From assembly GCF_004010195.1 (NCBI RefSeq), contig NC_057718.1, positions 42,152,296-42,206,171 of the forward strand: a stretch of DNA of 53,876 nucleotides, read 5' to 3'. The notes beneath the pieces are model-generated. The model was given only the letters and a program-made list of their open reading frames with translations, was not told where the DNA came from and did not search any database. Origin of the DNA: Chiloscyllium plagiosum (taxonomy: Eukaryota). Shown here in pieces: positions 1-12,450 of this stretch (its first letter is position 1; each line of letters opens with the position of its first letter). Made by a program: the position numbers and the translations under genes.

Positions 1-1369
1 GGTATAATGACACCAAGTAATGAACGCAATACGTTTCTCCACATCAGTAGTTTGCCTTGCTTGATTTAAACAAAATAACTTGAAATGATTACCCTGTATT
101 CTAACCTTATCATAGCCCGTGCTGGGCCTGGTTGCCCTTGTAACTTCTGTTAACAAACCTGACTGACATTGAAGTGTTTGCTGGACCTGACTGGTTTTCC
201 ATATCTGCCTCACCAATTTTTAACCTCTTTTCACATACTGTTGAAGAGACAAATTTGTCGGTCTCATTGGATCATTTGTGACTGAAGTTGTGGCTACCGG
301 CAGGGGTAAAAGCAACATAGATAGGAGTATATTCAAACCTCTTTCAGATATACAAGAATTGCCATGTGGCTAGACAAGTGGTAGAAGAGAAAGAGTCACA
401 ATAGTATGAAAGCAGTGATGAAAATGAAACACAAACACTTGATCTCACACTTGCAGCCACTGACTTGGATACTATTCCTGCAAATAATTTAGTAGGTAGG
501 ATCTGCACGTGGGTGCGTGGTCAAAACGTCAGCTTAAAAAGTGTGATCTAAAAGTCAGCAACTTGGCTGACCCCTAATTTACACAGCAGGACCTACCAAA
601 AGGGGGCAACTCTGATGCTTCCCACTTTCTACCCAACAGCTAGCAATGCAGTCAAAGCTGCTGGACTGTTCATCTTACTCCCATTTTCCCCTGCAGACTG
701 AAACATTGCAGTGGAGGCAAATTGAAATTTAGCTCACAAGACAGAATAATACAAGAACACAATGCTCCAATCATCAAGTAATTTCTTTCCAGAGACCATG
801 CAGAACCCATTCTCTAACGTACTCTATCCAGTAATTTTAGAGGAAGCATTTCAAGTCATTATACAGAAGTATTAGAACACATTAATCATTACCATTTTTT
901 TCTCATTGTTTGACCGAAGTAGAAAATTATAGATCAAAAACTCTTATCTTTAAACAATGGATTTAATTTAACTAATTTAACTAAAGGCATAAACACTGAT
1001 AATTTTTAACTACTGATTTGGGTAACTGCTACCATTTCTATAGCATTGCCATGGGAACATTAGCTTATGCTCCAATTTTACTGTCAGTTGGGATGTAGTC
1101 ACCAAATTCTTATACTGAACTGTGATTTTGATTTGACTGGCAAAAGTGGAGTGAAAGCAACATTCCATGAATGCATACTTCTGCTGTACTTTAGGGAACT
1201 TTATTCTTTCTAATATTAGAAGAAATCATTGGAGTACCCACTTAAGCCTAATTAAAACAATGCAATAATAAGTTAAGAATCTAGAGAGATGTCCAAAATG
1301 CTGACACAGGTACAAAGACTCAAAAGACCTTTCTCCGTACTGTCTCATTCTAATAAGTTGTTTGGCATA

Positions 1370-2200
1370 AAGCCAGTGGTGAGGGCTGTGTCATCACGAT
1401 ACAGCAGACCATGAGGAATTTTGAGGTGGAGAATTCTGGAGGCCTCTTCCAGAGCAATCCAAGCATTAGAAGTATTACTTAAGCAGCAAAGTGGTCGATT
1501 TGATAGCATTTCATGTAGCAGCATTGTTGGATGTTTCCTTTTCATGTGTGTGTATGGGTCGCATGCTTAATTCATAAGCCAGGATTGCCCATGTTACCCA
1601 ATAGTCAGCCTCTTGGTTCACCTGGTGGTTCAAATGTTGATGGTATCAAATATTGCTGAAGTAAAGTAAAGGAATCGGTATTTGCTACCAGGATATTGGA
1701 CACTGACCTGCATGATTCTCTTGAGTATGCACACACATAAGATTGGTATTGCGGGAATGTAATCTTTTGCATCGCAGCACATCTTAGAATTTACATGCAA
1801 AGAAGACAAAGTAACATGTGCGTAGTCAATGGCACCCTACACCACAGAACAGCTGCTGTCCTGGCAAAGCTGAATGCTCATTTTGTCTGCTTCTCCTTGG
1901 AAAAATTCAATGCAACGTACTTCTCTTTCTTTGTACAGAGACCATCAATCACTGCCTCTATGCTTCATTGGACTGCAAATTGCAAGATGTTGGAGATGTC
2001 ACTGCACCAGTCTCGAATAAGCTTGACATGAAAACCTCTTGACTATAGTCACCCTTACAGCCATTGTAATGTTGCCCTGACTTGATAAACTTGATACAGG
2101 AGTAAATGTCACTGTCCTGTCAGATCAGATGCTATGGCTAAAGAAACAGCAGTTACAGCCTCTTCAAGATGCTCCACGGTCTAGGTGGAAAAACATCCAT
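1370..2200 (-). pseudogene. Degenerate PIF/Harbinger (HARBI1-like DDE) transposase relic
   Basis: Minus-strand translation across frameshifts gives MAVRVTIV..., DISNILQFAVQ*SIEAVIDGL, GAIDYAHV, RIMQVSVQYPGS, FEPPGEPRG*LLG, LLK*YF*CLDCSGRGLQNSP and FLMVCCIV. These are collinear with the HARBI1 motifs GAIDCTH, YPGSxHD, WLLGD and RFRCLD. Many stops. Confidence 0.8.
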
Positions 2201-3933
2201 GATTAAAGGTTTGCGACAGCAATGCCACAATGCGAAGTGTTCAAAAATTGAAAATGTGTATAGTTCACAATCAACACACTTCATTTTGAAGCATGCCTTG
2301 AATTCAACATTTTTATGGTAGCAGAAAGACTTCAGCTAGTAATGTCAGAACAACTGCTCCAGAAGCAATTCATTGTCAATCAACCAGTAAAGGTACAACT
2401 AGTTAGAGATTTTATTAGGCTTCCTAGATTAATTTCCGAACTGAAAAAGAAGGAAGAAGCTGGTGAGATTACCTATGTTGGTGTAAGATTACTGTTGCAC
2501 ACTATCAACGGGAAGGAAGATGGTCTCAATATTCATGACAGACAATGGATAAATTCTTCACTCTTGTTGTTGGAGGTTAAGGTAGATAAGTTGGAAAGGG
2601 GATTAAGAAGAAATCTTGGAATAGAAAAACGTAGCCAAAGATTATCTTTCATTATACAATGGACCTGAAATAGTGAGTAGTTTTTGCAGATGAGAGCAAA
2701 ACCCAATAGCATATCACGATTTATTTATTTACTGTCACTTGCATTTTACAGTGAATAATACAGTAAAATACAGTGAAAACCTTCAACAGTCACCACTATT
2801 TTGAATATTTAAGAATTAAAAAGGACAAAAGATATAATTGAAAGAGACTCCTGAGCCCTGAGCCATCATCCCTCCTCCACTGTATCACTACTGCCTGCAC
2901 CAGATCCAACAAAGTAGCATTGCCACTCTTCAGGCACCATCTCTTCGTCACTGTGCCCACCTCACCAACACCACTGCCGATGCCCATGTCAGGTCTTCTG
3001 TTGAACCCACACTCGCCCTGCAACCAGGAGTCCCTGGCTGTGCTGCTGCCTTGATAATGCTAGGAGTCCCAGCTCCAAGCTTACCACACTGCCGCTGCTG
3101 CAGCTGCCGGCTCACCAACATCAGCAGTCCCCACTCTGGGCCCACAGCAATCAGCCGGGACAACATTCTTGCCCCTGTGGCTAGCACTGCCTCCAGTTGC
3201 TGTGAACAGCTGCATCTGCTGCTGTCTCCAATCGCTAGGAGAAGCCAGCATTCCACGCACAATGTGATTCAACCTGATTGGCTAGACCAGACATTTATTC
3301 ACGTTAGCATCCCTTGAACCTAAGGAAATAGAAATGATGGCTGTACCAGGACAACAGCCAGAATGAGAAACTATAATGGTTTTAATGAAGGCAATTATAC
3401 ACAGCAAGAAGAACAGAATTGAAACACATTCAGCCACAGATCCCTTCCAACTTTCACTGTTCTGATATGGGCAAATATTGCCATTCATGTATCATTGCTA
3501 GGACACAGTCTTGAAGTTCCTTAGTTTCCATCATTATTAAAGCACTGTCATTCCAAGGACCCCAAACATTGATGAAAAATTCAATATTACTTCTCAGGCC
3601 AATTAAGGATGGATTATAGACTTTGTCAGGAACTTCTAAAGATTAAGGATAAATGAAATCTAAATGGTTTGAAACAGAAAGTCAGATGTTTTGTCTCTCT
3701 TTTGATGTAACCAGCTCATTGCACTGTTGGTCCAATATTCTCATCTAAATTTGTCCTTTGAAATTGTTCATGCCTACTTATTAACTGGTCACACGCCATT
3801 TATCATGTAAGAACTCCATACACATCACAAGACATTGAGTATTGTGGCGGACCTTAGTGAACATGTAACACATTGAAGCATTCAAAAATAATTCAGCACT
3901 GTGTTGGATCATGCTGCTATAACAAGGGGGAAC

Positions 3934-4420
3934 AGAGTCAGAGAGTCATAAAGTTGTACAGCATGGAAACAGATCCTTTGGTCCAACTCATCCATGCTGG
4001 CCAGATATTCTAAATACATCTAGTCCCATTTGCCAGAATTTGGCCTAAATCCCTCTAAACTCTTTCTATTCATGTACCCATCCAGATGCATTTTAAATGT
4101 TGTAATTGTACCAGCCTCCACCACCTCTTCTGACAGCTCATTCCAGATATGCATCCAGATATGAAAAAGTTGCCCTTGAGGTCCATTTTAAATCTTTCCC
4201 TCTCACCTTAAACCTATCCCCCTTAGTTTTTGACTCTCGTGCCCGAGGAAAAAAGATCCTGGTTATTCACCCTATCCATGCCCCTCATGATTTTGTGAAC
4301 CTCTATAAGGTCCTCCCTCAACCTCCAATGCTCCAGGGAAAATAGTTCCAACCTATTCAGCCTCTCCCTAACAGCTCAAACACTCCAACTCCATCAACAT
4401 CCCTGTAAGTCTTTTCTGCA
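3934..4420 (-). mobile_element. CR1-clade LINE, 5'-truncated 3' end
   Basis: Begins with an agagtcagagagtcata tail, followed by the 3' UTR and ORF2 C-terminus shared with copies at 10781, 25838 and 34828. Confidence 0.9.
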
Positions 4421-5289
4421 ATGAGAAATCAGTTGAGTTGGTCCTCGACATGTACAGACATAAAATGAGGTGGGCTATCATGTCTGAATGGTCTCTCCCC
4501 CCCCGCCTGCCTGATGAAAATGTTTAATTAGTTTATCAAAATTTAATTTCTCTTTTAATGTGTGTGGCAAAAATTGGGCAATTTTGTTACTTTTTGGATT
4601 ACTTCTTGCTAGTCACAACTTGCAAGCATTAAAACAGACACCAGTACCAGCCTTTTCAAGCTGCAAATTATATACCTTTCAGTCTGGCTGATTGTACATG
4701 CCTCAGGACCAGGCTTTGGAACCTAGGTTGATTACTACAATTGTCCTTGAATGGGACTTGTCTCACAGATCATTGAGTATTTTGAACTGATCAATGGACT
4801 TCGCCATCCTATTCAATACAAACTTCCTAAATGATTGACACCTTGGGAATTTTTTTTAAACAAATATATTTGATTGACAGCTGTTGACTGTATTGAAACC
4901 TTGAATATGTGTTTTTAGCAAAAGAAGGTTGCAATCTTTTCTGGACTTTGACAGACAACACTATAGGCAGTAGCAGTATGTTGTAGGATTAAATGTGGCT
5001 CCTTGTCCTCAGGTCACTTATTAATCTGAATTGGTCAGGAGTATAAGCTAAGCCAGAGGTCTCTATGGCAATGAACGTACATGTCAGAAGTAAATAATTA
5101 TGTTTAAAAGATATTGAGGATTAGTACATGTGGTTGTTTTATTTTTGACTTTTCAAGAAGATTATGAGAAATTTGGAATCACAGTAAAAATACAGTTTGG
5201 ACTCAATGTGTTTTTAATCTGTTTAATGTTTAATAAATTTGTCTACTAAATTTAAGTTTGAATTGGATATTCATAAAATACATAAAAGA

Positions 5290-5470
5290 AAAATGTTGTG
5301 GATGCTTCAAAACTGAAATAAAAACAAAAAATGCTGGCTATACTTAGTGGGTGAGGCAGCATCTGGGGAGAGAAAACAAGCCTTTACATTTCAGATCAAT
5401 ACAGTCCTGATAAAAGGAAACTGAGCTGAAAAAAAAACTTGTTTCTCCCTTTGATCATATGGTTAGACTT
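5290..5470. mobile_element. Old, degenerate Penelope-terminus-derived short element
   Basis: Contains gatgct...aaatgctgg...ggcagcatctg...acatttc, resembling the element at 5711-5917. Confidence 0.5.
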
Positions 5471-5489
5471 ACTATATTTTAATCATGCT

Positions 5490-6005
5490 TTGTCTTACTC
5501 TTCTCAACTCCAGAGGATAAAAGCTAAGCCTAACCAACATTTTCTCATAAGATTACCCATTCAATCCTCGTATTGGTCCGGTAACCTTCTTTGAATGGCT
5601 TCTGGTGCACTTACATCATTCTTTAAATAAGGAGATTAGAGCTGCATACACTTCTCCAGATGTTGCCTCATTAATGCTCTGTAAATGAAGCACAATCTCC
5701 CTACTTTGTAAAACAAAAGAAAACATGCAGATGTTGGAAATCAGAAACACAACAGAAGTTGCTGGCAAAGCTCAGCAGGTCTGGCAGCATCTGTAAGGAG
5801 AAAGCAGAGTTAACATTTCAGGTCCAGTGGACCTGATAAAAGCCACTAGATCTGAAACTTTGCTTTCTTTCCATGATGCTGCTAGACCTGCTGTTTTTCC
5901 AGCAATTTCTGGTTTTGCTCTCTACTTTGGCATTCAGTTTTTCTCACAATGAACAATAACATCCTATTAGCTTTTGTAGTTACTTTTGTAACTGCATACT
6001 CACTG
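5490..6005 (-). mobile_element. Old CR1 LINE ORF2 fragment, interrupted at 5711-5917
   Basis: CR1-like text (aaataaggagattagagctgcatacacttctccagatg ... aacatcctattagctttt) resumes collinearly after the insertion. Confidence 0.7.
5711..5917. mobile_element. Short fold-back (inverted-repeat) Penelope-derived element
   Basis: gctggcaaagctcagcaggtctggcagcat is inverted as atgctgctagacctgctgtttttccagc. Flanked by ctccctactttg / ctctctactttg (12 bp, 1 mismatch). Confidence 0.75.
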
Positions 6006-6602
6006 CTATGATCACAAATTCCAATCTTGGAAGAGTTAAGGACACAGTGAATTTTTAAATTTCAATATGTGCATTTATTCAAGTGGACTCAAACAATCAA
6101 AATGACTGTGGATGCAAATTCAGTGGCTGTTGGGTGAGAAATTCTGTGCCGTCACATCTGCAGGTATCAAAAGAAGCTACAAAGAAAGGAAAGCACAACT
6201 AATTGAACTATAATCTCCTATGAATATTTCAGATTGTGAATAGGATGGTAAAATAAGACAGCAGTCTGGACAAAAGATATATCTTCTTTTTACCCTTTCA
6301 AGAATACATATGGGCAGGAATTAATAGCGAGTGTCAAGTATAGTGCATGTGTGTTGGTGGCTTAACATCCAAGTCTGTGGACTAGAGTGCTATGAAGGTC
6401 ACAGCTTTAAGAACAGCTATTAAACAGGCATGTAACATAGATGAACAAAGGGAAAAAGCACTCTCTCATTCTGTGTTGTCAACTGATGTAAGGAACCAAG
6501 ACAAAAGAATTCAAATTAACCAACAAAGCCAAGAACCTCAAAATCAATTGTTGAACAACCAATATTAATACTAGCAGTAACAACTACTGCAATGGCCACA
6601 AC

Positions 6603-6797
6603 TTTGTTTTTATTTCAAAAATATACTTTATTCATAAAATATTTTGATGATCTGTACAATTGGTGGTGCCATTCATAGGCACACCTTGCATTTCTTTATC
6701 TACAGAGATCGGAATTAATCATTCATATATACAGGGTCTGTACATTTACCATCCAAATGTTTAGCTAAGGCGTCAGCGGAGCCCATTTACTGAGTGG
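6603..6797 (-). mobile_element. L1/Tx1-type LINE 3' end
   Basis: The minus strand ends AATAAAGTATATTTTTGAAATAAAAAACAAA (polyA signal plus A-rich tail). Flanked by gcaatggccacaac (6589-6602) / gcaatgaccacaac (6798-6811). Family assignment is from recall. Confidence 0.7.
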
Positions 6798-7313
6798 GCA
6801 ATGACCACAACATTCTTCCAAATACTCTTCATGAATAATTCAGAGACTGACCTGCATACCCTTTTCTAACTTTCATAGTCTTTTGGCTCACTTCTTAGTC
6901 CAATCTGTGAGTATGTGTGTTGGTCAAAATTTCATTTTGTGTTTCATAATGAATAAACTCTTTTGTAAACTCAATAAAGACTGCTTAAATTGGCTCATTT
7001 AGAAGATAAATTCATTTAGACTGTGAGAAAGTTATCGACAAGGGAGGGGATCCTTTGTAAATTAATCTTGTTGTGACTCACCATGGGGGCATGTGAATAA
7101 AGAAGGTGAGCCAATTCATCTCTCCTCACTCAGGAGCATGACAATTTGAGGTTTTCCACCTGGAAATATCATAACTTGGAAACCTTGCCTGGGCTCTAAT
7201 CATAATAGATCAGAGGCTCACAGTTGCAGTTTGAACCCATAAATAAAATGAAAGAATCAGAGTGAGTAAATTATCACCTTTAAATCAGTTTTAAAAAAAA
7301 CCCAAAAGGCTTT

Positions 7314-7667
7314 CATAGAACCACAGAATCCCGACAGTGTGGAAACAGGCCCTTTGGCCCTGCAAGTCGACACCAACCCTCCAAAGAATAACCCACCCAG
7401 ATCCATTCCCCTACCTTATATTTACCCCTGACTAATGCACTTAACCTACACATCCCTGAACACTATGGGCATTCTTTTTAAGCATGGCCAATCTACCCAA
7501 CCTGCTCATCTTTGGATTGTGGATAGAAATCAGAGCACCTGGAGGGATCACATGCAGACACAGGGAGAATGTGCAAACTCCACACAGACAGTGGCCCGAG
7601 GCTTGAATCGAACCAGGTCCCTGGCACTGTGAGGCAGCAGTGCTAACCACTGAGCCACCATGCTGCC
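7314..7667 (-). mobile_element. HE1-like tRNA-derived SINE
   Basis: The minus strand starts GGCAGCATGGTGGCTCAGTGGTTAGCACTGCTGCCTCACAG (A box), has GGTTCGATTC (B box), and ends in a CR1-like tail. Homologous to 39538 and 50790. Confidence 0.9.
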
Positions 7668-7775
7668 AACTTTCTTGAGCTTGCACTGTGACAGTATAAG
7701 GATGTCCTTTGATGCCAGTGCATACCCAGCAGAATTAGGGAATGTCACGTTTGAGGATTTAAAAGTCTGTCCCTC

Positions 7776-8010
7776 TGAAATAACTCCACAAAGGCTGGTA
7801 GCCCTTCACCAAGTCCCCCTTTATTTAGACATGTACAGTACATGACACTGACCTGCCTAGCACAAAGCCAGTTCCTGGAGTGAACAGAAACCCTGACACA
7901 CTTGTCTATATCTGTCAGCCAGACTCCCTGATTGGGCCAGGTTAACAGCCCTAGTCAGCGAATTCATACTGTATGGAGTCCAGCTGGCTGACCTCATTCC
8001 AATCACTACA
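7776..8010 (-). mobile_element. Solo LTR (235 bp)
   Basis: TG...CA termini (tgaaataac...cactaca), minus-strand AATAAA (tttatt ~7820), and 5-bp flanks ccctc/ccgtc. It interrupts the Gypsy gag relic. Confidence 0.85.
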
Positions 8011-8039
8011 CCGTCAAAAAGTCAAAAGATTTAGCGAGA

Positions 8040-9286
8040 TATAGAACATAGAATATTATAGCGCAGTACAGATCCTTCGGCCCTCGATGTTGCGCTGACC
8101 TGTGAAATCAATCTGAAGCCCATCTAACCTATACTATTCTATTCTCATCCATATGTCTATCCAATGACCATTAAATGCCCTTAAAGTTGGCGAGTCTACT
8201 ACTGTTGCAAGCAATGCGTTCCATGCCCCTACTACTCTCTGAGTAAAGAACCTACATCTGACACCTGTCCTATATCTACCACCCCTCAATTTAAAGCCAT
8301 GTCTCCTCATGCTCACCATTACTATCCAAGGAAAAAGGCTCTCACTGTCCAACCTACCTAACCCTCGGATTATCTTATATGTCTCAATTAAGTAACCTCT
8401 CAGCCTTCTTCTCTCTAACGATAACAGCCTCAAGTCCCTCAGCCTTTCTCGTATGACCTTCCCTCCATATCAGGCAACATGCTAGTAAATCTCCTCTGAA
8501 CAATTTCCAAAGCTTCCACATCCTTCCTATAATGCGGACACCAAAACTGTATGCGATACTCCAAGTGTGGCCACACCAGAGATTTGTACGGCTACAGCAT
8601 TACTTTATGGTTCCGAAATTCAATCCCTCTACCAATAAAAGCTAACACACCATATGCCTTCTTAACAATCCTATCAACCTGGGTGGCAACTTTCAAGGAT
8701 CTACGTACCTGGACACTGAGCTCTCTCTGCTCATCTATACTACTAAGAATGTTACCACTAGCCCAGTACTCTTCAGTATTCTTGTTAGTCCTTCCAAAGT
8801 AAATTACCTCACACTTTTCTGCATTAAAATCCATTTGCCACCTCTCAGCCCAGCGCTGCAGCTTATCTATGTCCCCCTGTAACCTACAACGTCCTTCGCC
8901 ACTATCCACAACTCCACCGACCTTAGTGTCATCCGCAAATTTACTAACCCATTCTTCCCATGACTCATCCAGGTCATTTATAAAAATGACAAATAACAGT
9001 GGACCCAAAACAGATCCTTGTGATCCACCACTAGTGTCTGAACTCTAGGATGAATATTTCCCATCAACCACCTTTCAGCTAGCCAATTTCTGATCCAAAC
9101 CACTAAATCACCCTCATTCCCATGCCTCCGTATTTTGCGCAATAGCTTACCATGGGGAACCTCATCAAATGCCTTACTGAAATCCATATACACCACATCA
9201 ACTGCTTTACCCTCATCCACCTGTTTGGCCACCTTCTCAAAGAACTCAATAAGGTTTGTGAGGCAAAGCCTACCCTTCACAAAACC
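8040..9286 (-). mobile_element. CR1 LINE, 5'-truncated, RT C-terminal half and 3' UTR
   Basis: ORFs contain GFVKGRLCLTNLIEFF, VDVVYMDFSKAFD, LGPLLFVIFINDL, KFADDTK and LERRRLRG. Tail is (atagaac)n. Confidence 0.95.
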
Positions 9287-9530
9287 AAGACGCTTAAGAT
9301 TAGAATTTTGGCAGAAAGCTATAGAATCCAAAATTTTAAAAGGGATGGCCATCAGTTTCCTCATGGAAATTGAATACAATGAAATGGATAAAGTAGCAAT
9401 AGAGAGACTAAAATTGGAGAATAGAAATTAGAATTTCAAAAGAAGGAAAGACAAAGATAGAGAAGAAAATGAGAGAGAAAGCGAGTGGTGCACTACAAGA
9501 GAAATGAGAGAAAGAGATGGGTAGCAGAAG

Positions 9531-9662
9531 GAGTCATAGAGTCATAGGGCCATAGAGATGTACAGCATGGAAACAGACCCTTCAATCCAATCCGTCCATG
9601 CCAACCAGATATCCCAACCCAATCTAGTCCCACCTGCCAGCACCCGGCCCATATCCCTCCAA
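9531..9662 (-). mobile_element. CR1 LINE extreme 3' end (132 bp)
   Basis: gagtcatagagtcatagggccatagagatgtacagcatggaaacagaccc..., near-identical to the start of the 10781 and 34828 copies. Confidence 0.9.
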
Positions 9663-10780
9663 CTGATAAATGGGAAAAGAGCCTGAGAGAAGAGAGAATT
9701 TCAAGAAAAATGGTAAGAATGATACTTTGGACTATGGCAACTTGAACTGAGAACCAGGAATCCTACTGAGTCCCATGAAGACACCACTGACTCAGACTTA
9801 AGGGTAGAAGAAACTCAGTTTGCTCATTGAGTTCCAAAGTTTGAGGAGGCAAAGCCTTCATTATTTCTCTTGAACAGGTAACATAGCAATTAAAATGGCC
9901 AGTCTGATACTGGTCCTTATTACTGCAGCGCAGACATTCAGGAGAAGCGCATGAGATTTACCCCTCTTGTCTGAGGAAAGTGCACCTGATATAGTGCAAT
10001 GAAAAAGGCGATCTATAATCCATACCGTTTAGTGTGGGAAGCATTTTTTTACCCTCAGGAAACGACCTGACAAAACATACCTGGAACTTGAAAGGCTTAA
10101 GCAGTTTGCTTTGGACTAGTGGGTATGGGCATTTAGGGCAGAAGCTACTTTAAAAAGTGTCTGTGAAACAATTTTCCTTGAAGAATTTAAACACGTTCCC
10201 AATAAAAACACACCTTGAGTAACAGAGAGTGAGAGAGAGAGAAACATCTATTGCAGAACGAACCTTTCCCTAGATAGCCTAACCAAATGAAAAGGATAGA
10301 GGTGGAGGGTTGACAGAAAATTGAGCATCCATGAAAGAGACAGAAACACTAAGAGCACTTCTCAGGATAGAAACAATTATACTGTGATGAAAAATGAAGC
10401 CAAGAAACTTGTGTGTTTTAAATACTGAAAGATAGGACATGTCTGGACCAATGACTGGCAGTTACAAGAAAAACCAGTGGGAGTTATTGGGGACACATGT
10501 ACCTTACGCAGAGAATGGGAGTCAGTCAGAGAGCATGGCAGACCAAGCTATGGCTCTGACTGCACTGCAAATCTCTGCAAAGGGAGTGCAGAAGAGGTTA
10601 AACAAATATCTGACAGTTACCAGGATTGCTTATCCAGAAAATAGGTATCTTTACCTCAGGCTGAGGTGAGCCAGCTTTTAATCATACTGAAGGATATGGG
10701 ACCAGCCAAACCCCATTGCTGGGAAAAGGCATGATCTTCCCACAAGAGAGTAGTCCAGTAGGGACAGTCTAGTTATAATA

Positions 10781-11389
10781 TAGAGTCATAGAGTCAGAGA
10801 CGTACAGCATGGAAACAGACCCTTCGGTCCAACCCGCCCATGCCGACCAGATATCCCAACCCAATCTAGTCCCACCTGCCAGCACCCGGGCCATATCACT
10901 CCAAACCCTTCCTATTCATATACCCATCCAAATGTCTTTTAAATGTTACAATTGTACCAGCCTCCACCATATCCTCTGGCAGCTCATTCCATACACGTAC
11001 CACCCTCTACGTGAAAAAGTTGCCCCTTACGTCTCTTTTATATCTTTCCCCTCTCACCCTAAACCTATGCCCTCTAGTTCTTCTGGACTCCCCGATCCCA
11101 GGGAAAAGACTTTGCCTATTTATCCTATCCATGCCCCTCATAATTTTGTTAACCTCTGTAAGGTCACCCCTCAGCCTCCGATGCTCTAGGGAAAACAGCC
11201 CCAGCCTGTTCAGCCTCTCCCTGTAGCTCAGATCCTCCAACCCTGGCAACATCCTTGTAAATCTTTTCTGAACTCTTTCAAGTTTCACAACATCTTTCCG
11301 ATAGGAAGGAGACCAGAATTGCACAATATTCCAATAGTGGCCTAACCAATGTCCTGTACAGCCGCAACACGACCTCCCAACTCCTGTAC
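10781..11389 (-). mobile_element. Young CR1 LINE 3' fragment
   Basis: (catagagt)n tail. ORF reads QFWSPSYRKDVVKLERVQKRFTRMLPGLEDLSYRERLNRLGLFSLEHRRLRGDL. Confidence 0.95.
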
Positions 11390-11800
11390 GACCTTTTATA
11401 ATTCATTTCCAAGGACAGCAATCCCTCTGCAGTTCAGAGCTCTGCAATCTATCACCAGTTAGATTATTTGCTTTTTTTTTAGTGGACAGTTTCACATTTT
11501 CCCACATTACATTCCATTTACCATTTTTTTGCTTACCTACTTAACTTATGTATATCCATTTGCACCTTCCTTATGTCCTCTTCCATAATTTACTTTCTTA
11601 TCAATCTTTGAGTCACCAGCAAATTTATTAACAAAACTTTTAGATTCTTCATCCAAGTTATTTATATAAACTATGAATAGTTGAGCTTCAGCCCTCAACT
11701 CTGTGGCACAACACGATTACATCTCCAACCAGGAAATGACTTCTTTATGCTGACTCTCCATTTCCTGTTAGCTAGCCAATCTTTACTAAATGCCAAATGA
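11390..11800 (-). mobile_element. Older, diverged CR1 RT fragment
   Basis: cacattttcccacattacattccattt, gtcaccagcaaattt (the KFADD-type region) and ttcatccaagttatttatata, all in CR1 order. Confidence 0.75.
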
Positions 11801-11949
11801 GCCAAACTTTAATTTTTATTGATCTATCCCAGCGTAGTGTGCCAGTTCACCTCAGCTAGCTCATGCCAAAATATTCACCCCAATTTAAGACATAAATTGC
11901 AAGCACTTTAGCTGCAATGGGATGAAGGCATGTATCCTTATGCATCCTG

Positions 11950-12450
11950 CTGAGGCCTTCGATTGTAGGCCATTTTGTCTTCCAAGAGACAGGGAACTGT
12001 GTCAATGAATGTGGTGGCAAGTAATGTGGCAAGAATGTGGTAATGTGCATGGTACATTTCAAAAATTTGATAATGTGGGTGAACTGTGAGATGGGGTTGA
12101 GAGGCTTGTGGTAGGTTAAGTGTGCTCAGCAAGGCAATGAATGTGGAGGTGTTAAAGAGCAGTGCATGAGGCTAGCGGTTCACTTCTAAGGTTATTACAT
12201 GTGAAGATGTATTCACTTATGTTGACCATACGAGTTAAGTCAACGAACATTTCGTGGCATTACTGCTAGGCCCTCAGAGCTATACTGCTGTTTTTGATGA
12301 GTGTGGCTATCTACTCCCACCACCTTTGTAATATCTGCCTGGAGGGTTTTCTGGACTCTAAAGGAAGGGACCACTTTCCTCAAGTCCACCTTCTGCACCA
12401 AGATCTTCAGTGTTATATTGGAGAACCTAACCGCATACTTACTGTTCCCT
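11950..12450 (-). pseudogene. Degenerate Myb/SANT-like accessory gene of a Harbinger transposon
   Basis: Minus strand reads RFSNITLKILVQKVDLRK, then NSSIALRA*Q*CHEMFVDLTRMVN (RTxxQCRKKFNDL-like), then EDKMAYNRRPQQ (KxAHNRRE-like). Confidence 0.6.

Larger units (their letters stand above)
6830..10780 (+). mobile_element. Degenerate Gypsy (Gmr1-like gag) LTR retrotransposon: LTR 3' part, gag and protease start, carrying nested insertions
   Basis: LTR-like tract with AATAAA ends ...gcatgaca at 7143. Gag pieces: MSFDASAYPAEL..., RLRLEFWQKAIE..., an E/R/K-rich coil, VPKFEE..FIISLEQV..QLKWP..WSLLLQ (similar to gag at 41470), a decayed zinc knuckle LVCFKY*KIGHV (~10410) and protease-like IILKDMG (~10685). 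The upstream LTR boundary is uncertain. Confidence 0.75.

Noticed and set aside
2315..2668. 117-aa ORF as a host gene
   Set aside because: No recognisable domain or exon context. KVDKLERGLRRNL only weakly resembles a LINE ORF1 coiled coil, which is too little to call.
2720..3315. Possible Rex/Babar-like non-autonomous element and overlapping GC-rich ORFs
   Set aside because: Only a tttatttatt...tacagtgaaa start is suggestive. No TSD or protein motif was found, and the ORFs are low-complexity.
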